Assembly (NCBI GenBank): GCA_965250085.1
Contig: OZ252287.1
Location: forward strand, 640,001-704,000
Direction of reading: 5' to 3'
Origin: Candidatus Altimarinota bacterium
GTDB taxonomy: Bacteria > Patescibacteriota > Gracilibacteria > CAIRYL01
DNA length: 64,000 nt
Positions 47,442-56,740 of the stretch are shown here, in pieces (position 1 is the stretch's first letter; the number at the start of each line of letters is the position of its first letter). The notes beneath the pieces were generated by a model. It saw nothing but the letters and a program-made list of their open reading frames with translations, had not been told where the DNA came from and made no database searches. The position numbers were made by a program, and so were the translations under genes.

Positions 47442-49367
47442 ATGACCCTTCTGGATGTCATCACCGATCTCTGGAAAGATGAGATTGCTCGCAAAACATG
47501 CAAGAGGATTTTTATTGGCATCCTCCTCTTAGTGGCTCTCGCAACTCTTATTTTTGCTGGAGATATTGTACGCGTATTTGTTATTACTATAGGCGCCTTA
47601 TATCTGTTTACTACAGAAAGATTGCCCGTAGATCTCACTGCTATCACCATCATGGTGACGCTTATGATCTTTGGACTCGTCTCCCCTGCTGAGGGAGTTT
47701 CTGGATTTTCTAATTCTGCAACCATCACGGTAATGGCAATGTTTGTCATCTCTGCTGCTATACAAAAAACAGGAATTATTCATACCTTGGGAAGAATGGT
47801 TTTTCAATTTGCTGGGAAAAACGAATTTCGCCAACTCCTCTGTATTGCGGCAATTATTGGTCCAATTTCAGGAGTCATCAATAACACTGCAGCAGTTGCT
47901 ATTATGCTGCCCATGGTATTAGATCTCACCAGAAGGGCAAAAACATCCGCTACAAAGTTGCTGATCCCCCTGTCTTTTATTTCTATGGCGGGAGGAATGC
48001 TCACTCTCATTGGGACCTCTACCAATATATTGGCCAGCAGTATTTTGGAAGAACACGAGCATTTTGAGCCACTTGGAATGTTTGAATTTTCAAAGCTGGG
48101 AATTATTGTACTCGGAATCACAATTCTCTTTTTCTTAGTCATTGGAAGATTTTTATTACCTCAGAAAAGAAAAAATGAAAAAACTTCAGAGCTCGATGCT
48201 ATTGAATCAGATTTTCTAATAGAAATTATTCTGCAAAAAGGATCTCGTCTCATCGGAAAAACCCTCAAGAACTCTAAATTTTTAAGTAAACATGATGTTA
48301 AGCTGGTCAAACTGATTCGTGGGAAAAGTGCATACCTCAAGGATGCAATGGAAAAAGAACTCAAAGAAGGAGATGTCCTGATGCTTATGGCAAATCAACA
48401 GAGAATTATCGATCTGGATAACAATGAGAAAGACGACATCAAATTGCTCCTTGATTTTGATGAATCACGAAGAAAATTGCCGGGTAGCGGACAGATTGTA
48501 AAAGTATTAGTGCGCGCTTCAAATGTTTTTCGTCAAAGATCACTCGCTTCCATTAAATTTTGGAAACGATTTGGAGCAGCGGTGGTCGGCGTACATCGTG
48601 AAGATGTCTCTGCCAAGCGTCTGGCAGACATGAAGCTCGACGCAGGGGAAATATTACTCGTAAAAGCTTCTCGGACGGCTCTTGCGGAACTCCAGAGATC
48701 CGATGATCTGATGATTGTGGAATCTATTGATGGAGAATTTAATCGAGAAAAAATGTGGATTGCCATTTCTATTGTTTTTGGCGTTATCGCTGTAGCTGCC
48801 CTCGGCTTCTTGCCTATTATGGTATCTGCTCTTGCAGGAGTAGTGCTCCTGATACTCACCGGCTGTTTAGATCCTAGTGATTTACATCGATCCGTGAGTT
48901 GGGATGTTATTTTTTTGCTCGCCGGCGTGATTCCTCTTGGTATCGCCATGCAAACAAGTGGAGCGGCTGATATGATTGCTGAATTTTTGGCGGAGAGTGC
49001 TAACTTCCTACCTCCCATTCTTATTCTAGGACTTTTTTATGTTATGACCACGATCATCACAGAGATTGTTTCAAACAATGCTTCTGTCGTTCTTCTCATC
49101 CCCGTTGCTATTTCGGTAGCAGAAAAACTCTTCTTAAATCCAAAAGCATTTGTGTTGGCTGTTATGTTTGCCGCTTCTACCAGTTTCTTGACACCAGTGG
49201 GATATCAAACCAATACCATGGTGTTTGGAGTTGGAAATTATAAGTTTTCTGATTTTATTAAAGTGGGAGCTCCTCTCAATGCCTTATTAGCAATCATTAC
49301 CACTCTTCTGATTACTTATTTCTGGGGACTTGATGCCATAGTGGAAATCTCAGAAGTTACATCATAG
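47442..49367 (+). CDS. SLC13/CitMHS-family permease with TrkA-C domains
   Basis: GFSNSATITV, INNTAAV, GGMLTLIGTSTN, SNNASV, FLTPVGYQTN, central soluble domains. Confidence 0.92.
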   Translation: MTLLDVITDLWKDEIARKTCKRIFIGILLLVALATLIFAGDIVRVFVITIGALYLFTTERLPVDLTAITIMVTLMIFGLVSPAEGVSGFSNSATITVMAMFVISAAIQKTGIIHTLGRMVFQFAGKNEFRQLLCIAAIIGPISGVINNTAAVAIMLPMVLDLTRRAKTSATKLLIPLSFISMAGGMLTLIGTSTNILASSILEEHEHFEPLGMFEFSKLGIIVLGITILFFLVIGRFLLPQKRKNEKTSELDAIESDFLIEIILQKGSRLIGKTLKNSKFLSKHDVKLVKLIRGKSAYLKDAMEKELKEGDVLMLMANQQRIIDLDNNEKDDIKLLLDFDESRRKLPGSGQIVKVLVRASNVFRQRSLASIKFWKRFGAAVVGVHREDVSAKRLADMKLDAGEILLVKASRTALAELQRSDDLMIVESIDGEFNREKMWIAISIVFGVIAVAALGFLPIMVSALAGVVLLILTGCLDPSDLHRSVSWDVIFLLAGVIPLGIAMQTSGAADMIAEFLAESANFLPPILILGLFYVMTTIITEIVSNNASVVLLIPVAISVAEKLFLNPKAFVLAVMFAASTSFLTPVGYQTNTMVFGVGNYKFSDFIKVGAPLNALLAIITTLLITYFWGLDAIVEISEVTS

Positions 49368-49391
49368 TTTTTTCTTTTTATACTATTCTCC

Positions 49392-49934
49392 ATGAATACA
49401 CCTCAAATGACTCCCGATGAAAATTCGGAAGAAATACAAAAACGCGAAGAAATAAAACAAGAAGTTCTTCATGATCTCAAAGTAGCAGCTTCTTCGGAGG
49501 CACGTGTTCGTACATTTGGAAAACTACTGGATACCTACGGAGTAGATGGGATATTTGGACTAGTGGTACCAGAAATCGGTGATGCCGGAGCCTCAGGACT
49601 TGCAGGACTCTACTTGCTCTGGGAAGCTCAAAAGGCAGGACTCAGCAAAGTGTCATATCTCAAAATCATTGGTTTGCAGAGTATAGATTTTGCTATAGGA
49701 GTCGTGCCAGTGGCTGGTGATGCTGTTGATTTTCTTTGGAAGGCCAATAAGTGGTCTACACATTCATTTGAGAAAAAAACAGATGAACTTGTTGAAAAAG
49801 CTAGAGAAGCTGGAATCCCCGAGTCAGATATTGCCAAAATTACGCTTCCCGCAGAAAAAGTGACCCGACTGGTCAGCAGGGCTATTGCACTCAGCAAACC
49901 TATGGGAGAGCATTTGAAAGATCAGAAAGTATAA
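49392..49934 (+). CDS. DUF4112-like protein
   Basis: GVDGIFGLVVPEIGD...IDFAIGVVPVAGDAVDFLWKAN. Confidence 0.75.
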   Translation: MNTPQMTPDENSEEIQKREEIKQEVLHDLKVAASSEARVRTFGKLLDTYGVDGIFGLVVPEIGDAGASGLAGLYLLWEAQKAGLSKVSYLKIIGLQSIDFAIGVVPVAGDAVDFLWKANKWSTHSFEKKTDELVEKAREAGIPESDIAKITLPAEKVTRLVSRAIALSKPMGEHLKDQKV

Positions 49935-50023
49935 ATCTCCCCTAACCCCTCTTTACAAAAGAGGGGAAATTCCAAACATTTTTCTCCTCCCTTTTTCAAA
50001 GGGAGGTTGGGAGGGATTTTAAA
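49933..50023. repeat. REP-like double palindrome, family A (inverted pair)
   Basis: cccctctttacaaaagagggg...cctccctttttcaaagggaggttgggagggattt. Confidence 0.78.
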
Positions 50024-50041
50024 AGTTTTTTACAAATAAGA

Positions 50042-50098
50042 GAGATTCCTCGACTCACTCATCTTCCATGCTGTACGATGATTTCGCTGGGAATGACG
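50042..50098. repeat. REP-like element, family B
   Basis: gagattcctcgact...cgctgggaatgac, the GTCATTCC..GGAATCTC REP pattern. Confidence 0.55.
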
Positions 50099-50106
50099 CG
50101 ATACAA

Positions 50107-50652
50107 ATGACCGAACTCATCATCATCATCCTACTTCTGGGAATACTTGCCATCAATGTGCTGTTTGCTCTCTCTCTCATTGGATGTCTATGGGGTGGTC
50201 TCTCAGGAGCTCCTTATGTCCCCACAAAGAGATCTGTCGCCGAACAAATGATCAGGCTTGCAGAAATTGAACCTGATATGAAGGTGTTTGATCTTGGATG
50301 TGGAGATGGGCGACTTGTATTTATGGCGGAAAAAAAAGGGGCCGTCGCAATTGGTGTAGAGATTTCGCTCCCCGTATATATATGGGCAAAATTGCTCCAG
50401 AAGATACGAAAGCATAAGGGTACTATTGTGCATGGAAGTATGTGGAATGCAGATGTCAAAGATGCTGATGTCATTTTTACCTATTTGTTCCCCAAGATGA
50501 TGGATCGATTTCAGCAGGAGATGTTTCCCCAATTAAAAAATGGCTGCAAAGTTATTACTCATGGATTTGCACTCAAGGGCAGAGAACCTGATATTTTTTG
50601 GAAACCAAAAACCGGCAAACGGGGTAGAATATTTGTGTATATAAAAAAATAA
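50107..50652 (+). CDS. Membrane-anchored class I SAM methyltransferase
   Basis: N-terminal TM, GAPYVPT, DLGCGDGR, GVEIS, DVIFTYL. ATG at 50107. Confidence 0.85.
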   Translation: MTELIIIILLLGILAINVLFALSLIGCLWGGLSGAPYVPTKRSVAEQMIRLAEIEPDMKVFDLGCGDGRLVFMAEKKGAVAIGVEISLPVYIWAKLLQKIRKHKGTIVHGSMWNADVKDADVIFTYLFPKMMDRFQQEMFPQLKNGCKVITHGFALKGREPDIFWKPKTGKRGRIFVYIKK

Positions 50653-50706
50653 GAATGTAAGGACGTAACACTGCTACGTTCCTCCTATTTCACTGACTCA
50701 CTTGCT

Positions 50707-51813
50707 TTACCCTATTCGATCAGCTACAAAGATTTTGCGCTTATAGTTGGTATAGATTGGCCAGCACGTCATAAGAGTCGAAATCTCTTTGTCCCGTGGC
50801 TGGTACAGTACGGATGTATCTTCTGGCCAGACAATTTTTTCTTCATAGATCTGGTATTCATGTTTTTTTCCTTGAAAGTACACCTTATATGTATCCCCTA
50901 CTTGAAGTTCGCCAAGTTTGGTAAAAACATAATTATACTTCCCCGGATCATTGGTGTAATACGAAGAATGACCGGTGATAAAAGCATTCCCAATATCCCC
51001 TGGTTTCGCGGTTCCTGGGTAGTGCACTACTCCATCACGAAGCCCAACCAACAAATCTTTTTCGAGCTGTCGCCAGTTTTCATCTATGAGTGACTGTTCT
51101 CCAATACCAAAAACAACAGGAGCGGTGATACCAAGCTTATCGATCACAATACAGCTTTCACATGGTGGGATTTCAATTGCATCGAGCTGAGCATATGTCT
51201 TTGAAGGCTTATTGGTAATTTCTGTATCCAAGAGATAAATGATTTCTGCCACTTCTGCGCGAGTTATCAGGGAAGCAAAATGATCAATAGTTGGAGGAAT
51301 TGCTTTGCGTTCTTCCAAGCTCCGCACATATGGTTCATACCAAGTGCGAGATCCAGACCCTTTTGGAAGTCGAAATACATTGGTAATGATCTTGGCTGCC
51401 TCTACAAATGAGATATTCTCCGCTGGGCGAAATGTTCGATCTGGATATCCATGGATAATCCCTTCCTGCTGAGCCACGCAAACATAAGGTGCATACCACT
51501 GCTTTGTCTCTATATCCGGAAAATACACATACCACCACTGTTTGTCCTTATATGGTTGGATGCAGCTCTGAATAACCTGCTCATCATACCGACCGGCAAT
51601 AAGAATTTTGATAAATTCAGCACGATTGATCTGTGTTTTCGGACGATAGTACCGTCCGTCCAAATATCCTTCGATAATTCCTTTTTCTTCTACGTACTCT
51701 ATTGCTTCACGGTATTCATAATCATACGCCACATCCCGAAATACCGCATGTGCAGATGTACTCCAGATAAAAAGACCAATGAGAAGTACTGAAAAGATTT
51801 TTGGAAATTTCAT
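50707..51813 (-). CDS. Secreted S-layer-homology (SLH) domain protein fused to a sortase
   Basis: Signal peptide ending AHA. SLH motifs GIIEGY..YRPKTQINRAE, GIIHGYPDRTFRP..ISFVEA, ITRAEVA. Sortase GVVHYPGT, GHSS, LMTCWP..KR. Confidence 0.88.
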   Translation of the reverse strand: MKFPKIFSVLLIGLFIWSTSAHAVFRDVAYDYEYREAIEYVEEKGIIEGYLDGRYYRPKTQINRAEFIKILIAGRYDEQVIQSCIQPYKDKQWWYVYFPDIETKQWYAPYVCVAQQEGIIHGYPDRTFRPAENISFVEAAKIITNVFRLPKGSGSRTWYEPYVRSLEERKAIPPTIDHFASLITRAEVAEIIYLLDTEITNKPSKTYAQLDAIEIPPCESCIVIDKLGITAPVVFGIGEQSLIDENWRQLEKDLLVGLRDGVVHYPGTAKPGDIGNAFITGHSSYYTNDPGKYNYVFTKLGELQVGDTYKVYFQGKKHEYQIYEEKIVWPEDTSVLYQPRDKEISTLMTCWPIYTNYKRKIFVADRIG

Positions 51814-51954
51814 AAATATCGCAAAGACGGACGTAGATCCTATTGTAAAAATTAGACAAAGTCAACAAAATGTGTCATTTGTAATCTGCATATTGTGGGC
51901 GAGATTACAAAAAATCCTCAGGGCGGGTTAAAAAACAGAGTTAAAAGAGAAAAT

Positions 51955-52563
51955 CTAGTTTACCAATTCTTTTCCTCCTTCAATTCTTTCTACTAGACTC
52001 ACTTTTTCTCCAGTTGCTACTCCAGACTGTTTCACTTGTTTTGAAAATATAAATCGCATTTCTTCTGGGGTAGATCTACTCATTGAAAGTCTTCTCTCTA
52101 CTCCTATCTGCTGTACCAAAATATTAGAACCCTTTTTTTCTCGTCCTTCGACTTCCTGAAAGAGGAAATCATAACTCTCTGTTACGGCTATTTTTTCTCC
52201 ATCTTGATAGAGAGCAAATGGTCTTTGACTCTCTGGAAGTTCCAATATGTTGTCATATATCCCAGATTTAAGGTCTTTTTGATATTGTTGAAAATTCAAT
52301 TCTTGAGGATTGTCTATGAGCATATGGAGTTCTTCTCTCACTGCTTGAGTAATATCCCCTTCCAAGGGAATAATTACTTCTTGTACTTCTTCTGAAGTTT
52401 GAACAAGTCTTTCTCCATAAATAAATTCTGCAATTTCTTGTATATAGAGATCTGGGGTTTCCTTATTCTCTAATGGAAAGAAAAACTGCTTACTTCCTTT
52501 AGTTCCTGGTGTTTGAAGCTTGATACAGCCTAAAAAATTTTTTGATTGAGGTTCTGTAGGCAT
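51955..52563 (-). CDS. Hypothetical protein
   Basis: 202-aa ORF filling the gap, with upstream TTGACA/TATAAT-like elements. Confidence 0.7.
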   Translation of the reverse strand: MPTEPQSKNFLGCIKLQTPGTKGSKQFFFPLENKETPDLYIQEIAEFIYGERLVQTSEEVQEVIIPLEGDITQAVREELHMLIDNPQELNFQQYQKDLKSGIYDNILELPESQRPFALYQDGEKIAVTESYDFLFQEVEGREKKGSNILVQQIGVERRLSMSRSTPEEMRFIFSKQVKQSGVATGEKVSLVERIEGGKELVN

Positions 52564-52608
52564 TATATATAATTATAGATGTGCATACTAATACTTTTGT
52601 ATGTTTTG

Positions 52609-54021
52609 TCAACCAGTAAAATATCTTTCTGCCAAGATCTGTGCAAGATCCGATATTTTGATTCGATCTTGCTTCATCGTGTCCCTATCGCGAACCGTCA
52701 CCGTGCCATCCTCCAAACTGTCATAATCCACCGTAATGCAGACGGGAGTACCAATCTCATCATGACGTCTATACCGCTTGCCAATTGACCCTCTTTCATC
52801 ATATTCCACGTTTCCAAGGGAACTGAGAGCGGAAACAATCTCTCTGCATTTTTCCGGCATTCCATCTTTTTTCATAAGAGGAAACACCGCTACTTTGACC
52901 GGAGCGATGCGTGGCAAAAATTTCATAACATTACGCGTGCTTCCGTCTTCCAGTTTTTCATTGGTATACGCCGAGAGCAGGATGGCAAGCGCTGGTCTTG
53001 CTACGCCAATACTGGGCTCAATGACATGTGGGAGAAATTTGCGACCGCTCTCTTCATCACGATATTCCAGATCTTCTCCGGAAACCTTTTGATGTTGCTC
53101 CAAATCATAATCAGTACGATACGCTCCTGCTGCGCAGAGCTCACCCCAGCCAAATGGAAATTTGTATTCAATATCAGTGGTTCCTTTGGAGTAATGAGAG
53201 AGTTCATCCTTCTCATGATCACGGAATCGCACATTCTTTTTATCGATCCCCAGAATATCTATAACAAATTGCATCGTGAGATTCTTCCACTCCTCCCATA
53301 GCTTGTTCCAGTCATCTTTTTCTGGATCAAAGAAATACTCGATCTCCATTTGCTCAAACTCACGTGTGCGAAAAATAAAATTCCCTGGGGTGATTTCATT
53401 CCGAAATGCTTTTCCGATTTGAGCGATACCAAATGGAAGTTTTTTACGAGTTGTGCGTTGGACACTTTTGAAATTCGTAAAAATCCCCTGTGCTGTTTCT
53501 GGACGCAGGTAAATCTCATTACTGCTCTCCTCCGTCACCCCTTGGTGCGTCTGAAACATAAGGTTGAACTGTTTCGGCTCGGTCCAATCACATGCTTCGC
53601 ACTCAGGACAATTGATTTTCTCTTTTTGAAAAAACTCTAATATATCTTTTGCAGGCGTTTTTTCTCCTGCCCAATTGTTTGGTCGTCTATCTCCCTGATC
53701 TTCGATGATTTTATCAGCACGAACGCGAGTCTTACACTTTTTACAATCCATCAGAGGATCACTGAAACTCCCCACATGACCGCTCGCTTCCCAAACCTTG
53801 GGATTCATCAATATTGCAGAATCCAGACCTACAATATCTTCACGACCATATACAAAAAACTCCCAAAACGCTTTTTTTATATTGTTCATGAGCTCTGTGC
53901 CCAGTGGCCCATAATCCCATGCATTTGCCAGACCTCCATAGATCTCAGACCCGGGAAAAATAAACCCTCTGTTTTTACTCAGCGCCACGAGTTCTTCCAT
54001 TGAAAGGGTGTCGTTTGACAT
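52609..54021 (-). CDS. glyQS: Glycine--tRNA ligase (homodimeric, alpha2 type)
   Basis: SEIYGG..WDYGPLG, YLRPETAQG, FRNEITPGNFIFRTREFEQME, PHVIEPS, SIGKRYRRHDEIGTP. Confidence 0.97.
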   Translation of the reverse strand: MSNDTLSMEELVALSKNRGFIFPGSEIYGGLANAWDYGPLGTELMNNIKKAFWEFFVYGREDIVGLDSAILMNPKVWEASGHVGSFSDPLMDCKKCKTRVRADKIIEDQGDRRPNNWAGEKTPAKDILEFFQKEKINCPECEACDWTEPKQFNLMFQTHQGVTEESSNEIYLRPETAQGIFTNFKSVQRTTRKKLPFGIAQIGKAFRNEITPGNFIFRTREFEQMEIEYFFDPEKDDWNKLWEEWKNLTMQFVIDILGIDKKNVRFRDHEKDELSHYSKGTTDIEYKFPFGWGELCAAGAYRTDYDLEQHQKVSGEDLEYRDEESGRKFLPHVIEPSIGVARPALAILLSAYTNEKLEDGSTRNVMKFLPRIAPVKVAVFPLMKKDGMPEKCREIVSALSSLGNVEYDERGSIGKRYRRHDEIGTPVCITVDYDSLEDGTVTVRDRDTMKQDRIKISDLAQILAERYFTG

Positions 54022-54084
54022 GAAAACTATGAAACATCAGGCTGTATTCTCCAGATTTTAAGGCGGGAAGTCAAAACACATGTG

Positions 54085-54648
54085 CTACTTTTTTTGTTTT
54101 TCCAAGTACTTGGCAAAAATATCTGTTTCTACATTTACTGTCTCTCCTGCTTGCAAATCACATAAATTCGTATGCTTGAGTGTGTGTGGAATTATGGCAA
54201 TTAAAAATGAATTTTCTTTAACATCGGCAACAGTGAGTGAAATCCCATTGAGAGTAATGCTCCCTTTTTGAACAATATATTTCTGAAATTCTTTGGGAAG
54301 CTCAAAAGTAAACTTTTCTCCTAGTTCTTCTTTCTCTCGATGTAAAAGTGTAATGGTTTCATCCACATGTCCCAATACTATGTGTCCTTCAAATCTTCCA
54401 TTTGCTCTCATTGCTCTCTCGAGATTTACTTTTTTTGATTCAGAAAGATTGGTCTTTTGAAGTGTCTCTGGCACTACTTCAAAACACATCTTCGTATCAG
54501 AAAATGAAACGACCGAAAGACAAGCCCCATTCACCGCAATACTCTGACCTTTTGCAAGATCAATAAATTGTTTGGGTCTTTTAATTTTCAAAACTCCATC
54601 ATGAAAACTTATAACTTCAGCCGTGGATTCAATGATACCAGTAAACAC
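54085..54648 (-). CDS. ribE: Riboflavin synthase (alpha chain)
   Basis: MFTGII, SIAVNGACLSV, VNLERA, GHIVLGHVD, KGSITLNGISLTV, IPHT, VNVETD. Confidence 0.96.
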   Translation of the reverse strand: MFTGIIESTAEVISFHDGVLKIKRPKQFIDLAKGQSIAVNGACLSVVSFSDTKMCFEVVPETLQKTNLSESKKVNLERAMRANGRFEGHIVLGHVDETITLLHREKEELGEKFTFELPKEFQKYIVQKGSITLNGISLTVADVKENSFLIAIIPHTLKHTNLCDLQAGETVNVETDIFAKYLEKQKK

Positions 54649-54773
54649 TTTGGAAATTATAAATTAAAAATTAAAAATTGAAAATTGCTGACCGCAAAAG
54701 TTACTGAGGAATCCATTGATTTTTTTCATCATATTTGCAATAATGGCTCTGTACTCATCGTTAGTGAGTGATG

Positions 54774-54806
54774 AAGAAAGTGATCCATTGATCCTTTCTT
54801 TTTTTT
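54774..54806 (+). terminator. Terminator-like hairpin in the nusA leader (possible attenuator)
   Basis: aagaaag-t-gatc-catt-gatc-ctttctt followed by a T run, between a -10-like site (~54738) and the nusA ATG. Confidence 0.55.
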
Positions 54807-54850
54807 CTGTCCCTTGCAACTTTTGACTTTATACACTTTCTACTCTTTCC

Positions 54851-56329
54851 ATGAATACTCAATTTCTTGCTGCAGTAAATCAGATCTGTGCTGAAAAAAA
54901 TATTGAACGTGAGATAGTGCTGGGCGCTGTCAAATCAGCTATTGCTACTGCGTATCGCAAAGATTATGGAAACAAAGAACAGGAAATAGACGTTATTCTG
55001 CGAGACGATGTAGAGTTTGCTACTATTTTGCTCGTAAAAGAAGTGGTAGAAGAAGTAGAAAATGAAAATTTTGAAATTTCTCTTCAGGAATCAAAAAAAA
55101 TAAAAAAGGGTGTCAGTGTAGGAGACGAAATTCAGATAGACGTGACTCCCGTAGATTATGGGCGAATAGCAGCACAGTCTGCCAAACAAGTTATTTTACA
55201 AAAATTGCACGAGGCAGAACGTACGGCACTCTATGAACGATTCAAAGATCGAGAAGATCGCCTTTTGACCTCTCTTGTCAGCCAAGTAGAAGGGACTCAG
55301 GTCCTTATAGAAATCGAAAAAAGCACCGTACAGCTTCCCTTGCGACAGCAAATCCCTAATGAACGCTACTTTCCCGGAAAGCGTATGCGCGTCTATTTGG
55401 AAAAGGTAGCCCAGACCACCAAAGGACCCCAATTACAGGTTTCCAGAACACATCCTCAGCTGGTGGAACGTCTTTTGGAGCAAGAAATTCCTGAAGTAGA
55501 GCATGGTGACGTAGAAGTGATGGCAGTAGCGAGAGATCCTGGTTTTCGATCAAAAGTTGCGGTCAAGGCAGACGAACCTAAGATTGATCCTGTGGGAGCA
55601 TGTATCGGACAACGTGGATCACGCATCCAGCCGGTTATGGATGAACTGGGCGGAGAGCGAGTAGATATCATTGAATATGATCCAGATCCTACCAAACTCA
55701 TTGCCCGTAGCTTGCAGCCTGCAGAAATATCTCACGTGGTCATTGTCACTCCAGAAGAGTACGAAGATACAGAAACCGGAAAACGGGTCAAAAAAAGAGC
55801 TGCTGTCTTTGTGGACGAAGAGCAACGTGCTATGGCAATCGGAAAAAAAGGACAAAACATTCGCCTCGCATCACAATTGACCGAGTTTGAACTGGATATG
55901 TACAACGCTGAAGAATATGAGCCCTTTAAGGCAAAACTGCAGGAGATTATGGATGGCGGTGAGATAATTGAAAGCGCTATTCAAACAGATAAGCCAGAAG
56001 CAGAGTCCTCTGACGAAACTCAGGATAAATCTCCTCAGAAAAAAGATGCAAAGGGGAAGGGAACTCCAAGGAAAAAAAAATCAGAACCAAAAGTTGAGGA
56101 AAAAGAGGTTCCTGAAGAATCCATTGCTGTAGAAGAGGCAGATACTCCAAAAGATAAGAAACCTGAAAATGCAGAAGATAAAACCCCTCAAATAGAAGAT
56201 GTACCAGCAGAAAGAGAAGGAAAAGAAGCTCCTGCAGAAGAAAACACTGAGGAATCAGAAAGTAATGCAGCAGAAGAAGAAACTCAAAAAGATACTATTT
56301 CAGAAAAGGAAGGGGAAAAAACAGAATAA
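54851..56329 (+). CDS. nusA: Transcription factor NusA with acidic low-complexity tail
   Basis: GRIAAQSAKQVI, SRTHP, EIPEV, ARDPGFRSKVAV, DPVGACIGQRGSR, AIGKKGQNIRLAS. Confidence 0.97.
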   Translation: MNTQFLAAVNQICAEKNIEREIVLGAVKSAIATAYRKDYGNKEQEIDVILRDDVEFATILLVKEVVEEVENENFEISLQESKKIKKGVSVGDEIQIDVTPVDYGRIAAQSAKQVILQKLHEAERTALYERFKDREDRLLTSLVSQVEGTQVLIEIEKSTVQLPLRQQIPNERYFPGKRMRVYLEKVAQTTKGPQLQVSRTHPQLVERLLEQEIPEVEHGDVEVMAVARDPGFRSKVAVKADEPKIDPVGACIGQRGSRIQPVMDELGGERVDIIEYDPDPTKLIARSLQPAEISHVVIVTPEEYEDTETGKRVKKRAAVFVDEEQRAMAIGKKGQNIRLASQLTEFELDMYNAEEYEPFKAKLQEIMDGGEIIESAIQTDKPEAESSDETQDKSPQKKDAKGKGTPRKKKSEPKVEEKEVPEESIAVEEADTPKDKKPENAEDKTPQIEDVPAEREGKEAPAEENTEESESNAAEEETQKDTISEKEGEKTE

Positions 56330-56339
56330 CACGCTTTTC

Positions 56340-56420
56340 TTCCCCCCTTTGAAAAAAAGGGGCTAGTCTTCGACTCTGAGGGATGAGCCCCTCAGGCTCA
56401 GACTCGAATGAGGGGAATTT
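56340..56420. repeat. Family A REP with a nested second palindrome
   Basis: cccccctttgaaaaaaaggggctag[tcttcgactctgagggatgagcccctcaggctcagactcgaatga]ggggaattt. Confidence 0.68.
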
Positions 56421-56740
56421 ATTCTTTCTAACTAATGTTCATATTAGTCTTTTGGGCTAGAGCCTTTCCTATCATATTTTATAAGCGCTCGCTGGTGCGC
56501 GTTTCAAATGCGTATTTTTTAGTTATTTCAAGTGCACGCGTCACATTTATCCGCCACTAGGAGGAGGCGCGCGCTAGCGAAGGAGCTAATAAAATCTCCG
56601 TAAATAGAAGCCAGCGAAGGCACCACAATTCAATCCGCATCAAGTGAGGAAGGAACCGCCACATATTTGCGAGCCCCAGCGGTATGCTGATTGAAATCGC
56701 GATTACAGCCCCTAGTACCTGTTGCAAATAATCAGACAAT

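Noticed and set aside
54650-54730. FMN riboswitch upstream of ribE
   Set aside because: No RFN consensus (AGGGCGGGGTG..ATTCCC.ACCGGCGG). The region is a short heptamer repeat.
17183-56420. CRISPR array from the palindromic repeats
   Set aside because: The copies are dispersed and degenerate, with no regular spacers and no cas genes.
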